A stretch of DNA of 64,000 bases from Camelus dromedarius (taxonomy: Eukaryota), in contig NC_087443.1 in assembly GCF_036321535.1 (NCBI RefSeq), positions 33,852,001-33,916,000 of the forward strand, in the 5' to 3' direction. Below the pieces are notes generated by a model. The model saw only the letters and a list, made by a program, of their open reading frames with translations, searched no databases and was not told the origin of the DNA. Below, piece after piece: positions 47,751-60,120 of this stretch; the first letter of the stretch is position 1, and every line of letters begins with the position of its first letter. The position numbers and the translations under genes are program-made.

Positions 47751-48989
47751 CCCATACTTGTTACAACGTTATCATAAACCCCGGATTTCACTCCTTTGTT
47801 TGGAATTCTTCTCTCCATGAGCAAAACTCCTGCTCCGCTAAAAGGAGAGAGGCCTAGGAGGGAGGAACCCACTGGCTAAAGAAACCCAGACCCGCCTCTA
47901 ATATAGGAGGGCCAGCACTGGCCCCAGAGCCGCCTCCCTCCCTCAGAAGTTATAGATCCCTGTGGCTGGATTTCTATAAATAAACACATGCCATTTCTAC
48001 TATGGAAAATTTTCCTTAAAAAAAAGGGAAGAAAGTAAAACATTCTCCTGTCGTCTCCCTTGGCCAAAGAGAACTGAGAAAGATAAATGAAGATTTTTAC
48101 ACAGACGCAGGAGGTTCCAGCTCCAGGCTCCACCCTGCCGTGGTTCTGGTTTTATTGGAGGCTCCCAAGGCCTGGGGAGCACCCCCTTAGTGCCCCTGGG
48201 AGGCCAACAGCAGGAATGTGGTCTTTGGGAGGGGAGGTCCCTCTCCCTCCTGTTGGTTTTTTTCTTTCTCCGTGGTGCCCCCTGCAGTCAGCCAGCATCA
48301 CTGCACCCGCCAGCCCATTATCTAGAGTGCGCCGGCTGGTAACAAACACCGAGGACTCGCCAGGTAAAAACACTTGTTCAAGGTTACCCAGGAAGTAAAT
48401 GGCAGAGCCAGGACTAGAACGAAGGCTTTGGATTCCTGGCCTAGGAACTTTCTTCCATACCAGCCACTCTGCCCCATCAAAGCACACGCTCCAGAAACTC
48501 TGACATCAATTCATTAGTCTGGGATGCAGTAAGGAAAGTTATGAATCCGGAGTCAGAAGTCACAGGCTTAATCTGCTGGCTCTTTTGCCCTTTGGATAAC
48601 CCTAGTCGCTACACAGCTCTGAGTCTCCCCTGTCTGCTCTGCAGAAAGGAGTCCTGAGGCCTACCGCATGGGGCTGTTGGGGTCGTGAACTGCCTAGTAC
48701 GTAGAAAGGACTCAAAACACATTTTCAAACTCAAGTCACAAGAAACCATCATTGCTTCTCATGGAAGGATTTACAGGTATCAATTAATTAATTTGACTAC
48801 CCTAAATTTTCCTACAATGAATATATATTGCTTCTCCAACAAGAAAAATTTTCTGTGTTTAAGTAAAACCCAAACCAGTTGTCTGTGCTTTCCAACTCCA
48901 TTTCCTTTCCAGCACTATTACCAGACACCCAGGAAAAGTAGTAATTGGGGTCAGGCCTCTAACGTAGACAACCACCTACCTCACCAAGT

Positions 48990-49378
48990 GTCATCTGTTG
49001 GGTAGGATCCCAAGGAGACAGACTTTGAGAAAGAGATTTGCGTGTGGGGGTATGCCAGGAAGTGAGGGCAGTGGGACAGGGCAGAGGCAGAAGTTTAACT
49101 GCACTGCAGTAGGAAGAGGTCTCTGTCAACCCCATGCAGAACTGGGAGCTGGGAGGATCTGCAAAGTTGCCCTAAATTGAGGGGGTACTGGTCTCTGTAT
49201 CTCTACTCTCCCTCCAGTCATGGGATACAAGCAACCCCTAGGGAGGGAGCATGATCTTGGGTGAGGCTGTTCCCTTTAGCCAAATGTGAGCCATCAGCAG
49301 CAACAGCCCGATGGCTGGGGAACCAGTGCCCTTGTCCTGGAGGACAACTGGGTGGTGCGCCCCAGCATGCACTACACC
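48990..49378 (-). mobile_element. LTR16-like ERVL solo LTR
   Basis: tgttgggtaggatcccaaggagacagactttgaga...cccagcatgcactaca. Confidence 0.7.
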
Positions 49379-49864
49379 AAGGTTAAAACCTGACCCTGTA
49401 GGGGACAGATTCCTGATGAAAAGACCCCAGTCCCTCTCTGAACTGTCAACTCAGCACACATTTGAGCCTTTGTCATCACCTGCTTGGCCACCAAGACAGA
49501 GAAATTTAATAATCAGGCATTTCAGTGGTTGCATCTAAGTTCTTCCCTTCCTCTCTGCCCTTCTCGGAATTCAGATCTCCATCCACAGGGTGCCTGGAGG
49601 TGCAGGCACACAGCTGCCCAGCTGAGAAATTCCAGCCTTCTTTCTAGGACACAGAACCTTAGAAGAGCTCTGCATGTGAAGCATCACCCAGATACCCAGG
49701 AGCACTGGATCTCTAAAGGAAAGGCTGCCTGTCTCACACCTGCTGCTCCTGAGAGGCACTGAGGGGAGCCACCCTCCTCCTTTTATCTGTAGTGACGTTT
49801 GGGGTAGACATGCCTATATACAGCTACTTCTACAGGCTGCCCACACTTGGAAGCAGCTCAAAAA

Positions 49865-50420
49865 TGTTTAGAATGTTCTGGGTTGCAAATAATAGAAAGT
49901 CTGATTTAAAGTGGCTGGAACAATAAAGTGAAGATACTGACTTACATAAGTGAAAAATCCATAGGCAGGTTTGGCTTCAGGTGATGTTTGGTACAGAATT
50001 TCAGTATCACTAAGGACTCAGCTTCTTTTTCCCTTCCTTCCCTTATCTCTCTTTCTTTTCCTTTCCTTTCCTCTCTCTCTCCCTCCCTCTCCCACCCATG
50101 CTTCTTCTGCATGACACCTCACTTCCCTCGTGGTCCCAAGATGACTGCCCACAGCTCCCAGTGCTACAGGCTTTCTCACTCATATCCTTTCAAAGAGAAA
50201 GAGCATCTTATCCTAGCATTACCAGCAAAAGCCCTGGATTCATTCTAACTGGACTGGCTCAGGTCAGATGCTCACCCCGGACCAATCCCGGTGGGTGGGA
50301 GGAGGGAATGTGCCCACTGGCCTCACCCCTGGTGTGGAGTGAGGGTAGGGCCCACCTTCCCTCACTCCATCCCCAAAGAGAAAACAGGGCTACTGGGAGG
50401 AGCAACCTGGGTCCTGGGAG
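49865..50420 (-). mobile_element. MLT1 solo LTR with internal pyrimidine tract
   Basis: gggttgcaaataatagaaagtctgatttaaagtggc...caagatgactgcc...ggtcagatgctcaccccggaccaatc. Confidence 0.75.
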
Positions 50421-50689
50421 GCAACCAACAAATGTCCACATGGTTCATGTGCTGTGGGTCCCACAACCTCTTTATCAGTGAAAAACACTTTCAAATATTT
50501 CAATTAGCACAAAACGTTTTGTGATTCCTCACAACTGATGTAGAGGTGTGGATGTTCCTGGGACTCCAACCGTCCCCTCCAGGTAGCATGGATTATGGGC
50601 TGCTGGTAAAGCGGTTCTCTTTTTAGCTGTGCGGTGGTACAAGTTTTTATTACACCTTATGATCTCTTCACCCTCCACATGGAAGCAGC

Positions 50690-51200
50690 ACCCCAGATTT
50701 CCTTGAGGGACAATTTGTCCTTCCCACTCTCTGTCCATGTGATTTGAATAGGACCAGGCAACCTAGGTTGACCCAGTGGGACCATGTTACCAAAGGTTAG
50801 CCAATCAGTGCAATTCTACTCTCTTGGCTTCAGTGATTGGTTCAGGGATAGACACACAACCCAATTTGGGCCAGTGACAGCCAGGCCCAGGAGTTGTTTC
50901 CCACAACTGGGGACAAAAAGCTCCTCTTTTCTGCTGAGTTTGAATCTGGGAGAATGTAACCTGGAGCTGCTCGTGGCCATCTTACCACAAGTTGGAACCT
51001 TATTATGAAGACAACCAGAGAAGAATCAGACTGAGAAATGGACCAAGACTGCTTCCTAGTGACAATCTGTAACTGGGAACATGCAGCAGCGGAAGGCAGA
51101 GCTATCTCGGGTTTTTCAGGAATATGTTCCAATAATTCTTTTTTTGGTTCAAGCCTAATGAGTTGGATTTTCTGTCACTGGTACCTCAAGTGTCCTAAGT
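50690..51200 (+). mobile_element. MLT1 solo LTR
   Basis: cagtgattggttcagggatagacac...gccatcttaccac...gttcaagcctaatgagttggattttctgtcact. Confidence 0.8.
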
Positions 51201-52650
51201 GGTAGAGCAAGTGTTTGACTTACCCCCATCCCCACTCACCTTGGGCTAAAAGCACCTGATTCGTCTTGGGCAGAACCTGGGCTTTCAATGAGGAAACCAT
51301 TTCCCTGCCAAATGCTTCTGCTTGAGGGTGTCCAAACATGGAGCCTGTTAAAAAGGAAAAAAAAAAAACATTTGTCTATAGTGGGTCAAAGTCAGAGTGT
51401 CAGGCCATCATTACTGTGATCATTATTGTGGAATATTGGAGGAAAAGGTGCTCCAGGGCGAGAAGAGAAAGGCTGGCAAGGTCTGCCCTTAGAAGTGCAC
51501 TTACCAGGGGGCCTGCGGGTCACTCCCCGAGGGAATGAAGCCTGGCTGCTGGGAATATTTCCCAGGAGAACGGGCACAGCTTTGCTGCACATTCCCACTC
51601 GGGCGCTTCCTCAAATGGCTAAATAATCTTAAGAGCTCAGCTATGTATTTTTCATTCCACATACTATTTGCTCTGCACCCCAACTCCCGTCCCAGGCAGC
51701 TAAGTTTAACCCAATTGAGACGTTCTTCTCGCAGACCCATAACTCATAGGACCATGTGTCAGCCGTCCCACTGGGTAGCTTGGATTGACGTCCAGCTCAG
51801 TAGATGTCACCCAGTACCTTCTCCTGCCAGGCCTAGGTTCAGTTGGGCCCTAAGTAAGCACAGATGGGAATTAGATGCAACCCTTGCTCCTCAAAGAACT
51901 CAGAGCTGGGGGAGATAGGATGTGAAAAGGCAAGATATTATATAGGCTGAAAGAGATAAGGGCAAATGAGAGCTGGAGTTGGAGCTCTGTGCTTTGAGAA
52001 TGTGGGGGAGGAGGGGTGTAGGGGGAGGCAGGCATGGCAGGACTCACTGGGCCCACCTTGGCGCTTACCCTTCAAGGGTTGGGAACTTGGCTCCGGAGGG
52101 AGCCAGGAGGCTTTCTGGGCCAAAGGAAGAGTGGAGCAGAGACTCAGAATGACACCAAGCCACGTGTTCATCTTTCTCGCCATCTTCCTTAGGCTGTGTC
52201 TCCTCATCTAAAGCTCAATAGGGGTTATAAAAACACCACATTCAAGGGGTTAACTGTAGGAACTGGGCCTTCGTGCTCACATTACAGCCTTCACTGTTAA
52301 TTAAGTTCTTGCTTTTTTGGCCAGGACTCTCCTTTCTTTGAGCCAATCTGACAAGCTCAAAGCAAAGCCAAGAATTATGTGTCTGGCGGCATCATGGTAG
52401 TTTCTAAACCAGCCTACTGCCTGAGAACCCACTGGCCCATATTGTAGCTACAAACTTTATCTGTCACTAATTGGCCACATTAGATCATTGGCTGTTGGCT
52501 GTTACCATTTCCACATTGTAAGGGTTTGATTTTTGAGCACAAAGGATTTGAGAAGAACAGAGGAAAGAGTTGGTTTCTAAAAGAGGTGAGGCTGGTGAGG
52601 GATGGGAAGATGGACTAAACAAAGATATGGCCCAGGAAGGAGAGAGGTGG

Positions 52651-52780
52651 AGGGGAGGGTATGGCTCAGTGGTAGAGTGCATGCTTAGCATACATGAGGT
52701 CCTGGGTTCAATCCCTGGTACCTTCATTAAAAAGTAAATAAATAAAACAAAGGGGTTTTTTTTTTCTTTTCCATTTTTTA
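52651..52780 (+). mobile_element. Vic-1-type camelid SINE derived from tRNA-Ala(AGC)
   Basis: GGGGAGGGTATGGCTCAGTGGTAGAGTGCATGCTTAGCATACATGAGGTCCTGGGTTCAATCCCTGGTACC followed by an A-rich tail. A box at 52662-52672, B box at 52705-52714, and a putative 14-bp TSD (52637-52650 / 52781-52794, 12/14 identical). Confidence 0.88.
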
Positions 52781-54489
52781 AAGGAGAGACGTAGGTAAGA
52801 GGGGTAGAGCAGATATAGGAGCGCTGTCTGGAAGCATAGACACCGAATAGTTACTGGAAGCTTGGTAGCTCTGCTCTGGAGTTTGGAATACCATTCACCC
52901 TCTCTGTGCTTCATTTAGGAGAGAGAAAAACACTGGAACCTCTTACAGTGGATGACTTGCTCCTTTGCTAAGGGGTGTGGGGGGGCGGAGGGTGGAGCGA
53001 TGGGAAGGACATTAGGCAGTAAGTATGAATTCCAGCCCTTTGTTCCAGGTGTGACAGAGACAGAACAGTCCCCATTCTATGCTACTCCATTTCTATTTCA
53101 AGGCCTTCTTCTGCCACAGCAGTAGCAGTGTAATCTCAGCCAATTTGGAGTCCTCTTCTTTTCAGTTTCCTGGAAGCTTAAATGGTGTCCAGGCCTCTGG
53201 TCTTCAGCGTCGTTTGTGATGTCCTTGCTCATCAGTCCCTGCAAAGTGCTGTGGAGATGGCCTTTGTCCCCTCGCGAGACCCTTGCCGGTCTCTGTCTCA
53301 TCTAGTCCTGTGCCACTCTTGGGTCATTCCTGTCCTTTGGGGACATCTTAGTATGTCAGAAGTTTCTGCAAATCTGAGAGGTGGAATCATTGCTCTCACT
53401 CAAGTCTTCTGAATTTTGCTGGTGTGAGCCCTTTCTGCTGCCTTATGGCCCAAGTGTTTTCAACTCAAAACCAGAAAACTCCTTCCTCTGCCTCCTGAGG
53501 CTGCAGCCCTCCCCTGAGACAATAACACACGACTGCATGTGGGTGGGGGCGAGAGGCAAGGAGTAAAGTATAGAAGGGGGAAATACCAGAGAAACACACT
53601 GTGAGTGAACATTTCAAAACGCGAATCAAGGCACCCCTGAAATTCAGAGAGGTTTAAGTGACCTGTAAAGATAATGCCAATAGTCACAGATCCAAAATGA
53701 GAATCTGGAACCTCTTTCTACAGGCCAAAATGCAGGATTCGCTCATGCTTGATGATGGTGAAAAAATCTGTGAGACCACCGATCTGACTGAACCATCCTA
53801 AGAGAGGAAGAACTGAAGTTTCCATCAATTACCCACAAGCACTGGGTAGCTGTGAATTGCCTGGCACTCTTCTAAGCACTTTGGGCACTCAGAAGCAAGT
53901 CATAGGGCAAGGTCACAGCTGAATCTTGAGTACCAATTTTTTTTTTTCTTGAAGGAAATCTGGAGGAGAAGGCAGCTGTAAGGAGAGGTCAGAAAACCTT
54001 GCCCTATGAGGCAGGTGAAGAAACAGGGAAGATTTATTCTAGGGGAGAAACATCTCTGAAGGCTGTCAGGTGGGAGAAGGACTTGATCTGGGACTTCCTG
54101 TAGGACCTAAGGTACACAGAGAGTCAGACTTTGGCCCTGCTGAAGGAAAGGACCTAAAGTTTGGTCTGAAAATGGGAAGACTCTCCCTAGAGTTTCCTGT
54201 GAGTGGGATGATGAAGCAGGGGATGGACAAACCATTGGTGGTAAGATAGACTGTAGGATGGAACATTCAATGACACCTTGGAGGTTCCTGCCCCACTGAG
54301 ATGCCATGATTTTTCATACCCACTGAGTTCTGGTATCTCCCACTCACATACGTTTCAATCCCACTAATCCATACCTGGTGGTAACTCAGACAGGTGCTGT
54401 CCGAAGGCATCACCAACTATGAAAAATGAGTTTGCTGAGAGATAGAAAGTGAAATTGGATTACAAGGGAAGGGCTTGCCCTGCCTATAA

Positions 54490-55900
54490 GAACAGACTGT
54501 TTCCAAGCCTTTCTTCATCTGTAAGCAATCACCATGGTAATTGACATCATTGTTCATTCTCTGTTTACTGCGACCTTGCCTCCTACTCTTTCCAAGAAAA
54601 TTGAGGCCATCAGGTATGAGTTCTCAATTCCCAGGCTTCCTCAGGTCTTGCACTAGTCAGGCTCATCCTGCCTCCCTCACTGCAGCCTCAGAGGATGAAG
54701 TGTCTCTCTGTTCAAAGCCAAGCATCCCACCTGTGTCTCTGACCTCCACTTCTCCTGCCTCCTCCGAGAAGCTATACCATCCGTCATCCTTCCCCTCCTG
54801 GATCGTCACCTCTCCCAGTCATCTGACTGCTTCTCCTCTGCCTAAAAATCTATGCAGGCCTCCATATCCAAAAAAACTAAATCCTCCATGTCCTTCTCTA
54901 GCTTCTGTCCAAATCTCCCTTCTCTCTTTCTCATTCAACTCTTTTGAAAAAGTAGTCCACACCTACTGTTGTCCAGCTGTTCCCCACCCACTGAAACCTT
55001 AGTCCATGGTAAACTGGTCAACTGAGCTCTTAATTGCTCTTAACGTTCTTACTGACCCTGACTGCCAAATCCAATGGACATTTCTCAACCCTTAGCTACT
55101 GGCTTTCAGTATTGTATTGAAAACTATTAAACACTTCTGGAATGCTCTCCCTTGGTCTCTGGGATACCATCTCATCTCTCTTGCTGTCTTCTTATCTGTC
55201 TCCTTCAATGGCTCTGTGGTGGCCAGTCTCCAAGATAGCCCCCAAAGATTCCCATCTCCTGGAGTTTACAGTGCATAATTACTTCCCACACTAAACCAGG
55301 GTTGGACAGTGTGGCCAACAGAATATAGCCAAGGTGACAGTATGTAACTTCCGAGATTAGAGTTATCAAAGACGGTGTGGCTTCCATGTTGGTCTTCCTC
55401 TCATTCTCCTTCTTGGATAACTTACTTTGGGAGAAGTCAGCTGCCATATATTGAGGACTCTCAGGCTGTCCGAGGAGGGGTCCATTGGGTAAGGAACTCA
55501 GCTGATAGCCAGCAAGGAATTGAGGACTTCAACCAATAGCCCCATGAGTAAGCCTTCTTGGAAGTGGATCCTCCAGCCCAAATCAAGGCTTTAGATAACA
55601 CAGCCTCAGCCAATGGCTTGATTGCAACCTCTTGAGAGACCCTAAGCCAGAACCACTCAGATAAGCTGTTCACAACCCCTTGGAAATTGTGAGAAAATAA
55701 ATGTTTGTTGTTTCAAGCTACTAAGTTTTGGGGCAACTTGTTGCTCAGAAAATACTAAGACTCTCTTTCCTTGACCCCAAATATGGGGCTCCAGGAATGT
55801 TGGTTGTCCCCAGGATCCCAATATTTTGACCTCATTTCTCACTCCTGGCACTCCTGGGGCAAATGCTATGAATTGTCTATCCAACAGTCATCCTCTATTC
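54490..55900 (+). mobile_element. L2 LINE ORF2-region remnant (interrupted by MLT1 at 55215-55762)
   Basis: ctgccaaatccaatggacatttctcaacc...cccttggtctctgggatacc; decayed, no ORF. Confidence 0.7.
55215..55762 (+). mobile_element. MLT1E/F-like solo LTR, near full length
   Basis: Starts TGTGGTGGCCAGTCTCCAAGATAGCCCCC and ends aataaatgtttgttgtttcaagctactaagttttgggg...ctaagac. Confidence 0.88.
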
Positions 55901-56360
55901 TCTCCTGCTGCAGAATCCACCTCCCATAACTGAGGCTGAAAACATCAGACACCTGCTTTACTAGCCTCCCGTGCAGCAACTAGAATGTGGGCACTAGACC
56001 CAACCCTGGCCTATGCGTGTTCTGTGAAAGGTTTCTCTCTATGATTAAAGAAAAGAGGGAGATTAATGAAAGGCTCTCCTTTTGTCTTCCAACTTTTAAA
56101 TATCATTGTGTGAAGCGTGATGCTTGGGGCAATAACATCTGCTCTTCTGAGAAGTACATTCCATCCTCTACCCCATTATCCTCCTTGGCCACATCTGCAA
56201 TGAGCACTGAAGAATGTGCCCTCCTTGGGGGATGCACAGTTTTCCCAGCCTGGCTGTAGAGTTCTGCAAGCCCAAGAATGAAAACTTGAACAGTCACGAG
56301 GCTTTTAAGTCCAGGACTGTGATGTTTTTGGCAGTACAACTCAAAGACATAGCAATCTTC
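55901..56360 (+). mobile_element. Second MLT1-type LTR fragment
   Basis: ctgaggctgaaaacatcagacacc...agcctccc...gtgtgaagcgtgatgcttgg. Confidence 0.55.
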
Positions 56361-56689
56361 TTATCCATTTTATTCCAAACAACTCCATATACCAATACCC
56401 ACATTCATAGTTTTTATTTTAGATATACATTTTAAATTTGCTGAATTTCTTTCCTCTCCTGTCCCCAGTGGCCCCCACTTCTGTCAAGACATTAAATTTT
56501 GGGGTAGTTAATTACAGGTAAGTTGGGTCTCTCCGGTTTAGATGGAAGAGCACTCCAAGTTTCTTTTCCCTGAGTCAGTCTGCCCAGTTGAAAAGATTGA
56601 CCTCTTAGTTCATTCAGAGTTTTCAACAATGGCTATGATAGCTATACCATCGATTTGATCCTTACCACAGGCTAAGATTTTACTGGGCC

Positions 56690-58640
56690 TGAATTTAAGG
56701 GGTTCTGTTTCGTTTTGCTTCACAATGATTTTCAGCAGTTTGATTATGATATGCCTTGGTGTGATTTTCTTTGTGTTTATCCTGATTGAAATTCATGGAA
56801 TGTCTTCGATCTATGTGTTTATATTTTTCATCAAATTTGGAAAGTGTTTGGTCATTTTTTTCCCCAAATACCCACATCCTCTGTAGTCTTCTTCTGGGGC
56901 TCTAATTACAAGTATGTAAGACCAGTTGTCCAACAGGTCACTCAATCTTGTTAATGTTTTTTTTTTCTCTCTTTGTGCTTCAGTTTATTCTGTCTTCAAG
57001 TTCACTGATCTTTTTTTTCTGTCATGTCTAATGTGTTTAGCCTATCCACTAAAATTTTTATTTCATATACTATATATTAATCAGGATTCTTTAGAGAAAC
57101 AGAACCAATAGAATTTGTCTCTATTTCTCTATCTGTCTATTATATATCTATCTATCTATCCATCTAACTATCTATGATAAGATTTATTGTAAAGAACTGG
57201 CTCATAGAATTATGGAAGCTGAGAAGTCCCGTGATCTGCCATCTGCAAGCTGGGGAAAACCAGTGGCCTGAGAACCAGAGCACTAGTAGGTAAGTTCCCA
57301 GTCCGAGGGCAGGAGGAGACTGATGTCTTAGCTCAGCAGTCAGGTGGAGAGAATTCAAACTTCTTTTGTCTTTCTGTTTGGTCCTTCAGTAGGTTGGATG
57401 ATGCCCACCCACCATGGGGAGGGTGATCTGCTTTACTCATTTCACCAAGTCAAATACTTCTGGAGACACCCTCATAGACATGCCCAGAAATAATGTTTAA
57501 CCAGACATGTGGGCATCTCATGGACCAATCAAATTGACACATAAAAGTAACCTTCACACTGCATTTTTCAGTTCTAAAGTCCCATTTGGTGCTTTAAAAG
57601 AAATGTTCCATTTCTTTTCTCATTCTATTGTTTTCCTTTAAATACCTGAATCTAGTTATAATAGCTGTTTAAAATTCTTGTCTGCTAATTCCATCACATC
57701 TGCCATGTCTGAATTGGTTTCGATTGATTGACTTTTTTCTCTTGGTTATGAATGTCATTTCTTTGCTTCTCATATCCAGTGATTTTTGACTAGAAGACAG
57801 ATATTCTGAATATTACCTTATGGAGTGCTGAATTTTTATCATCATTCTTTAGAGTGTTAAGTTTTGTTCCGGCAAATTACTCAGAGATCAGTTTGATGCT
57901 TTCAAGGCTTGTCTTTATGCTTTGTTAGGATAGGTCTCTAAAAGCCTTCACCCTAAACTAGTACAGCTGACTAGTTTAGCTGTACTTCTAAGGTGGGGCC
58001 TTTCTGAAGTTTCCACTAAATAGTCTGGTCCCTCAGTGAGGTCTCTCCACCTTGGTGGGCCTGAACTTGAACATCTCCCAACTCTGTTTGAGCTCAAGAG
58101 TCGTTCAGTTTACAACTCCCCAATGATTATTCTCTCTCCAGTATTTGTCCTTTGCCCAACCTCATGGAGCCCCATCATACACATGCACAGTTTAGTATTT
58201 AGCCAAAGACTCAAAAGGACTCCTGTACGATTTTCTGAATCTCTTTCTCTGCATCACTCCTTTCTCTCCAGTATTCTGCTCTGCAAATTCTAGCTGCATC
58301 AGTTCTCTGAATGCTGATCTCCGTCTCCTTCAAACAGCAAGACTTTTGTGCTCTGCTTGGGTCCCCATTCCCAGGGCCATGGTCTGGTAAACGCCTCTAC
58401 GCAGAAAGTCAGGTTGATCACAGAATTCATCTTATTTGTTTTCCCTCCCTCGGGGAACACAGTCTTGTTCTGCTGATTATCTCACATCTGAAAACAGATG
58501 TTTCATATAATTTATCCACTTTCCTATTTGTTTATGGTAGGTGGGGGCCAGTCCAGTATCTGTTACTCCATCATAGCCCAAAGCAGAAGTCCACACAGGG
58601 TAAGTTTTCACCAGCCTTTCTTCCCAAAAGCAGTTTTCAA
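56690..58640 (-). mobile_element. Ancient L1M (ORF1-side) remnant, interrupted by MLT2
   Basis: T-rich tttgattatgatatgccttggtg...atcaaatttggaaagt...tcttcaagttcactgatc...tgtctgctaattcca. Confidence 0.8.
57073..57558 (-). mobile_element. MLT2 (ERVL) solo LTR with internal (TATC)n
   Basis: tattaatcaggattctttagagaaacagaaccaatag ... caaattgacacataaaagtaaccttcaca. Confidence 0.9.
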
Positions 58641-59079
58641 TTTTACCTTTTACTACTTAGGGTTAAGAAGCAGTTTTTCCCTTCCAACCCTACAAGTACT
58701 GATTAGTGGACATTTAATTCCCTCTCATTCCTGCTTGTCAACAAGCCAGTTCTTTTCTGGGCTTACCCCTTTCTTGTCCCTTGCCAAACACAGTCGAAGG
58801 CAGGCATCACATCTATTAAGCAATTGTCCTCTACCCTCTCCCTGGGGTTCCAACTCCTTCAAGTACCTCATCTGTCTTCACACTACAGTGGGATATACAG
58901 TTTTGAATGAATGGAAGGGGCAGAGCTAAAATGTATAAAGATCTGGGTCCTTGATGACATATTGAGAAGAAGCCCAGGACCTACCTCCAAACTTAGTAAG
59001 AGAAATAAATAAATGCCCTTATTTGTTTTAGCCACTTTTAAGTGTACGTTTTGTTCTGTGAAGCCTAGAGCATCCCAGT

Positions 59080-60120
59080 GAGCACATGGATGCTCCCACC
59101 CAGTCTGCGGTTCCCAACGCTCATGCCTCTCACATCTTTGTCTCCAGCCCAGATCTTCCTCCACAGGGACAAGCTCAAATATCCACCTGCCTGCTGGTCA
59201 TCTCCACTGATGTCCCACCTACAAGTTCCTCAAACTCAACATCAAAAATGGAAACTGTTTTTTTCCCCTTCCAAACTGCTTTCCCTCAGAATTCTCAGTT
59301 TCAGTTGAAGGTACCACCACTGGCTTTTTCACCCCAGCTGTAAACCTAGCAGTCACTCTGGAATTGTCCTTCTCTCTCTTCTCTTTATATCTAGAAATCA
59401 CCATGTCCTACTAATTTGGTCCCATAAGCATTTCTCAAACACATCCCCTCCTTTCTGTTCCTTCCACTGCTATGGAGGACAGGCCCCCTCTCTCTCCCAG
59501 TCTGTCCCAGCTGATCCCTCTGCTTCCAATGCATCCTCCACATGGCTTCTTTTTTTCTGAAACACAGATTTATTTGTATCATTCCCCTGCGCAGAACTTT
59601 TTAGTGCCCCCTCCCCCCGCCTTGTTTATATGATGAAGTCCAAACCCTTACCAAGCCTTCCAGGCTCCCAGGGTCTGGCGTCTGCTGGCTTTTCCAGCCC
59701 CAACTCTGACTACACCCCATCATCGTGTGACATCCCAGCGACATCAGTCTGTGCCCGATTTCTCTAGTCATCCTGCTTCTTTGCCGCATGAGCCTTTGTG
59801 CATGCTGTGCCCCACCTGATGGCTCTACCTCGTCCCCTGGGCAAGCATCTGTTCATCCCACCCAAGTAGGGGGTGCCCTTTTCCTCCCGCTAGGAATCTT
59901 CCCTGGTCACCTCAACCTCAAATCACGTACAGCTACCCTTCTCAGTGCTCGTAATCTTCCTACACATCACTCTTGCCACACCTACCACTCTGCTTTATAA
60001 TCATAGTTATGTGCCTGCCTCCTCCTCCAGGTGGAGTGCATTCAGGACAGATACTGGGACTTACTTAGCCTTGAATCTCCAGCCTTTGGCCCATAGTGTC
60101 TGTGCAATAAATGTTTAATG
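59080..60120 (+). mobile_element. L2 LINE fragment
   Basis: ctccagcccagatcttcc...tatccacctgcctgctggtcatctccact...caataaatgttt. Confidence 0.8.

Noticed and set aside
52655-52726. Functional tRNA-Ala(AGC) gene
   Set aside because: It has a 5' GGG extension, an A-rich tail, a probable TSD, a C-A mismatch in the anticodon stem and G-U pairs in the T stem. This fits a Vic-1 SINE, not a tRNA gene.
54490-58640. Intact LINE ORFs or reverse transcriptase in the L2/L1M cluster
   Set aside because: Heavily decayed and interrupted by LTRs, with no long ORF.
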